A DNA stretch of 64,000 bases, from positions 257,114,001 to 257,178,000 of the forward strand of contig OZ024740.1 of assembly GCA_964016885.1 (NCBI GenBank). Direction: 5' to 3'. The first letter of the stretch is position 1. Every line of letters starts with the position of its first letter. Positions 59,539 through 64,000 of this stretch are shown one piece after another. A model generated the notes under the pieces. The model worked only from the letters and a program-made list of their open reading frames with translations. It did no database searches and had not been told where the DNA came from. The position numbers and the translations under genes were made by a program. Source of the DNA: Eledone cirrhosa. Taxonomy: Eukaryota.

Positions 59539-60471
59539 AAATAAATAAAAAAAATATATATATATATATATATGTATGCATACATATATATACGTGTATA
59601 CATGTATATGTATATATGTTTTGCATATATGTATATATATATATACATATATATATGATCTCTCTCTATATATGTATGAGTACAAAGTAAAGTACAGATC
59701 CCCTTAGCTCAAAAGTGACCATGGGATTTGCATCGAGAATGTTCCTATTTGAGGTACAAAACCAAGTGAGGTATTTTTGTGTACGGCTAACTGTCCCCCA
59801 TGCATCTCCATGCCACCCACGTTGTCTAAGGGAAAGACAAATACCGATACAGCTTTGCACCAATGACGTTGCAACTCATTTCTACAGGTGAGTAAACTGT
59901 AAAACGTGAAATTAAATGTCTTCCTGAAGGAGGCAACCCACTGCCCTCCTGAAACTCACTCACTTTCACCTTCTCATTCGCTCTCTATCTTTTTCTGCAA
60001 AATATCTTGTTCAAACCTGTAAAGAAAACAACAAAGTAACGCCGTATAAAGCAATAGCTCTCCTAAAACTCAATCACTTCCGCTCTCTCTTTATTTCTCT
60101 GAAACATTTCTAGACATGGGGAAGGATGACTTCTGTCTGGTATAAATTCACAAGGCCTACCATATATCATGTCAGCACCCTATGATTCTATCATGTGTGA
60201 AAGACCCATGCTTGTATGTATTATTTTTTTTTAAAATGGCCCTATTTATAATTCTAAGCAATTGTTTAGATGATACATCATTAAATATTATTGTCGTTTA
60301 TAGAATGTCTAAGGTTCACTTTCACTAGAGAAGCTATTACATAAAATACTGGTGTAATTGCGACAGTTAAGTAGACTAAGGCAATGAGACGGAAATAGCT
60401 CATTGTCCAAAAAGATAACTGCTGATGATAACAGGGGTAATTGGTCAGCTTAATGACTGGGTATATGCATA

Positions 60472-60550
<79 letters not shown>

Positions 60551-60603
60551 GTATATATATATATATGTATATATATGTATATATATATATATATGTATAT
60601 ATG

Positions 60604-60664
<61 letters not shown>

Positions 60665-60700
60665 GTATGTATATATATGTATATATATATATATGTATAT

Positions 60701-60732
<32 letters not shown>

Positions 60733-60743
60733 GTATATATATT

Positions 60744-60778
<35 letters not shown>

Positions 60779-60803
60779 GTATACGTATATATATATGTAT
60801 ATG

Positions 60804-61384
<581 letters not shown>

Positions 61385-61944
61385 TCAAAATCGAGTTAAA
61401 GCGTGAGTGTATTAGAATTTATAGAATAATGAGAAACTCAACGCAAAGAAACCTGCCAAAACAGTAAAATATCGTGAAGGACGAATTTGGGTAAGATCTT
61501 ACCTCAAAGAACAGGAATAAACGGCTAGAAATGTGTTCGTCCATAGAAGTGGTAGAAGGAAGCAACGGAGAAGATGGAAGAATGGAAATAATCGATACAA
61601 AAATTATACTACGTCATATTGCGTCATCAGCCCTTGTACCGGCATTGCACTCAGAGTACTGCACATAATTGCCAGCTCACGCAACAGAAATTAAGTATTG
61701 ATGTGTACCTGCCAAAATGAACAAATACATAGGTAGACAGATAGATCGGAGCGAAAGAGATAGAACACGTCTGTTCGATACCAAATCAAACTAGAAAGGA
61801 CAGTCGGGCGTGGTAGCAGGCGGAAGTCACACAAAAAAGTTGATGGGTGCAAAGGGATGAGAAAAAGTGAAAGGCAACAAGAAGGGGGAAGAAGAAAGAA
61901 GGAGATGGGGAGAGAAAGAAAGGATGAATGTAGTGACAGGTTAA

Positions 61945-62655
61945 GGCGACCTCATTGTTTCCCTCACCCGACCCTCTAGCAGACTTTTTCTCACTTACAC
62001 TCGCTGGGGTCAGACGTATCTTTTCTTTCGCCCACACGCTCTTGAACTTAAGTTCTCTTATCGCTGTGGTCTTGGATTTTATTACCTTAAGTTGTTCGCA
62101 CATTGCTTGGTTTGTTATTTTTTGCGCTGTTTTCTCTTTTCTTCCCTTTCCCCTTCTATTTTCCTTCCCCTCCTTCTCCGTTTTCCCAATAACTTACCCA
62201 GTTATCGAACGATCTGGGGGTAGATATTTTGTCTTTAAAGCGTTGAAATATCTGAGACCCCTAGTAGACAACTGATAAGGAAAACTCCTCCCTGTTCTTT
62301 CTTTCTTCTTATTCTAATTCAATTTTAAGCTACCTTAACTAGCAACTACACAGCCAATCTTATTCTCCATATATTTTATCATGTTTCTCTGTGACCAGTC
62401 TTCTCTCTCCCTCTATCTACCTATTTCTTACCCCTCTTTCTTCCTCTCCCTTTCACTCATCTTCTCTCTGCTAGCCACGTCATTGTTTCCCTCGCCTGAC
62501 CCTCTATCAGTCCTCTCCACACTTACACTCGCAGGGGTGAGGCGTGTCTTTTCGCTTGTCTTTAAAGCGTTGAAATATCCGAGACCCCCAATAAACTGAT
62601 AAGGAAAACTCGACCCCGTTCTTGCTTTCTTCTTATTCTCATTCCATTTTAAGCT
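61945..62655. repeat. Diverged direct repeat (61945-62030 + 62230-62330 vs 62472-62655)
   Basis: tcattgtttccctc..cttacactcgc and gtctttaaagcgttgaaatatc..actgataaggaaaactc each occur twice. Confidence 0.7.
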
Positions 62656-62669
62656 ATATATATATATGG

Positions 62670-64000
62670 TTAGCAAAGAAGTAACGTTAGAGAAAAATAG
62701 AAAGGTGGGACAGCTGGTAGCTAAATTAGACGAGGCTATTTGTAGTGGCATTTCAACTGACGTGCTTGCGGCGAGGATGGCATTAGACCATTTCTTTAAT
62801 GTGAAATACGAAGGTTGCATTGTCAAAGCTAAGGCACGTGCTCTGAGAAAAGAGGGAACCAATGCTGTTCGATGGGCCCACGTGGGAGAGGCGAATGTGT
62901 GAGGCCTTTCGCCAGCACTTTGTTTCGTTGTAAGTTGGGGGTGGGGGAGTGGTGGGTCGGAGACGGTAGTGAACTTCTGTCTATCTCTGGAAGTCCGATA
63001 ATTTTGGCCGAAATTCGGGACGCCATAGTCGCCTGCACGAGGCGCAAGTCACCCGTTTTGGATGGTGTGCCCTACGAACTTTACATATATATGCCAGACT
63101 TGTTCTCCAAGACTCTCGAAGCGCTGTACTATAACTGGCAGCAGAACAAGTGTATTTCCAGTATTGTGAGTCGGGTATAGTGACGCTGATAAGGAAAGAC
63201 GAGAACAAGCGGGATACATTAGATAACTTCAGGCCCATAACTCTGATCAACATAGAGTTTAAGATTTTGGCCAAGGTTTTAGCGAAGAGGTTAGCAAACA
63301 TGCGCAATCCCGATCAGATCGATACACAACAACCTCCACCTTATGCGAGGGTGTGAACCTGGCTTCGGTGGGGCTCTGATCGATTTAGACCAATAGCTTT
63401 CGATAGGGTCGACCATCGATACATAGAGGTTTTCCTCAAGGCAGCTGGCTTCAAGGTCCTGTCTTCAGAGGCTGGATAACTACAATGCACAACGGCATCT
63501 ACTCGGTGGTCAAAGTTAATGGCCACTTTTCGGAACCGTTTCAGATCTCCCGACGATCCGTCAAGGGAGCCCTCTCTCCTTCCTTCTGTACGTATTGACT
63601 CTCGAGCCTTTATTGTGGAAGCTGGAGCTGTTGCAGATCATCCCGCTCGAACCGGGACGCGGAAAGGCTGTCTCGGCTTATTAGGACGACGTCACCGTGA
63701 TGGTGTCGGACACCTCAGAAATCGAGGTGGTCGTCACCTTATTGAAGGAATATGAAATGTTGACGGGACCGAAACTTAACCCGGAAAAGTTGGTGAGCTT
63801 GAATCTCGGCACCTGGAGAAGCAAATCCATACCGACCGGTAAAGTTGCTTGGGATTCGGTTCTGACCAGACTTTCAAGTGGATAAGAACTGGAACGAGGT
63901 GAGGATCAGGGTAGCCACTCTCACACAGGAATGGGCCGCAAGGAAGCTGTCCTTGAAAGGATGGGCGGACGTTGCGAACGCTTACATGGCATCCGTCATC
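62670..64000 (+). mobile_element. L1/Tx1-clade LINE ORF2 (RT) relic, running off the window
   Basis: RKSPVLDGVPYELY, GIVTLIRK...NFRPITLINIEFKILAKVLAKRL, AFDRVDHRY, VKVNG.FSEPF, DDVTVMVS. Confidence 0.88.

Overview
AT-rich animal genomic DNA with no recognisable host gene. The tRNA-derived SINEs and heavy (TA)n/(CA)n/(CATA)n load suggest a cephalopod, probably octopus; this is inference. Most listed ORFs are microsatellite artefacts. The window is a retroelement graveyard dominated by Penelope-like elements (PLEs). It holds one apparently intact Naiad-type PLE (737-aa RT + GIY-YIG ORF, 44269-46482 minus, with tandem and inverted pseudo-LTRs), three decayed Naiad-type copies and a Neptune-like family. 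Also present are R4/Dong-like, RTE and Tx1/L1 LINE relics, a mariner fragment and two SINE families. The hidden layer is RNA-structural: I read about 30 type-I hammerhead ribozyme (HHR) motifs by eye (CUGANGA...GAAA...UH with stems), from roughly a dozen sequence families. These include two ORF-less tandem HHR repeats (about 420 and 534 bp, retrozyme-like), a U3-A8 covariant core and a ~100-nt stem II variant. Many occur as head-to-head pairs inside fold-back palindromes embedded in (TA)n tracts. All folds were inferred manually and none has been computed or tested.
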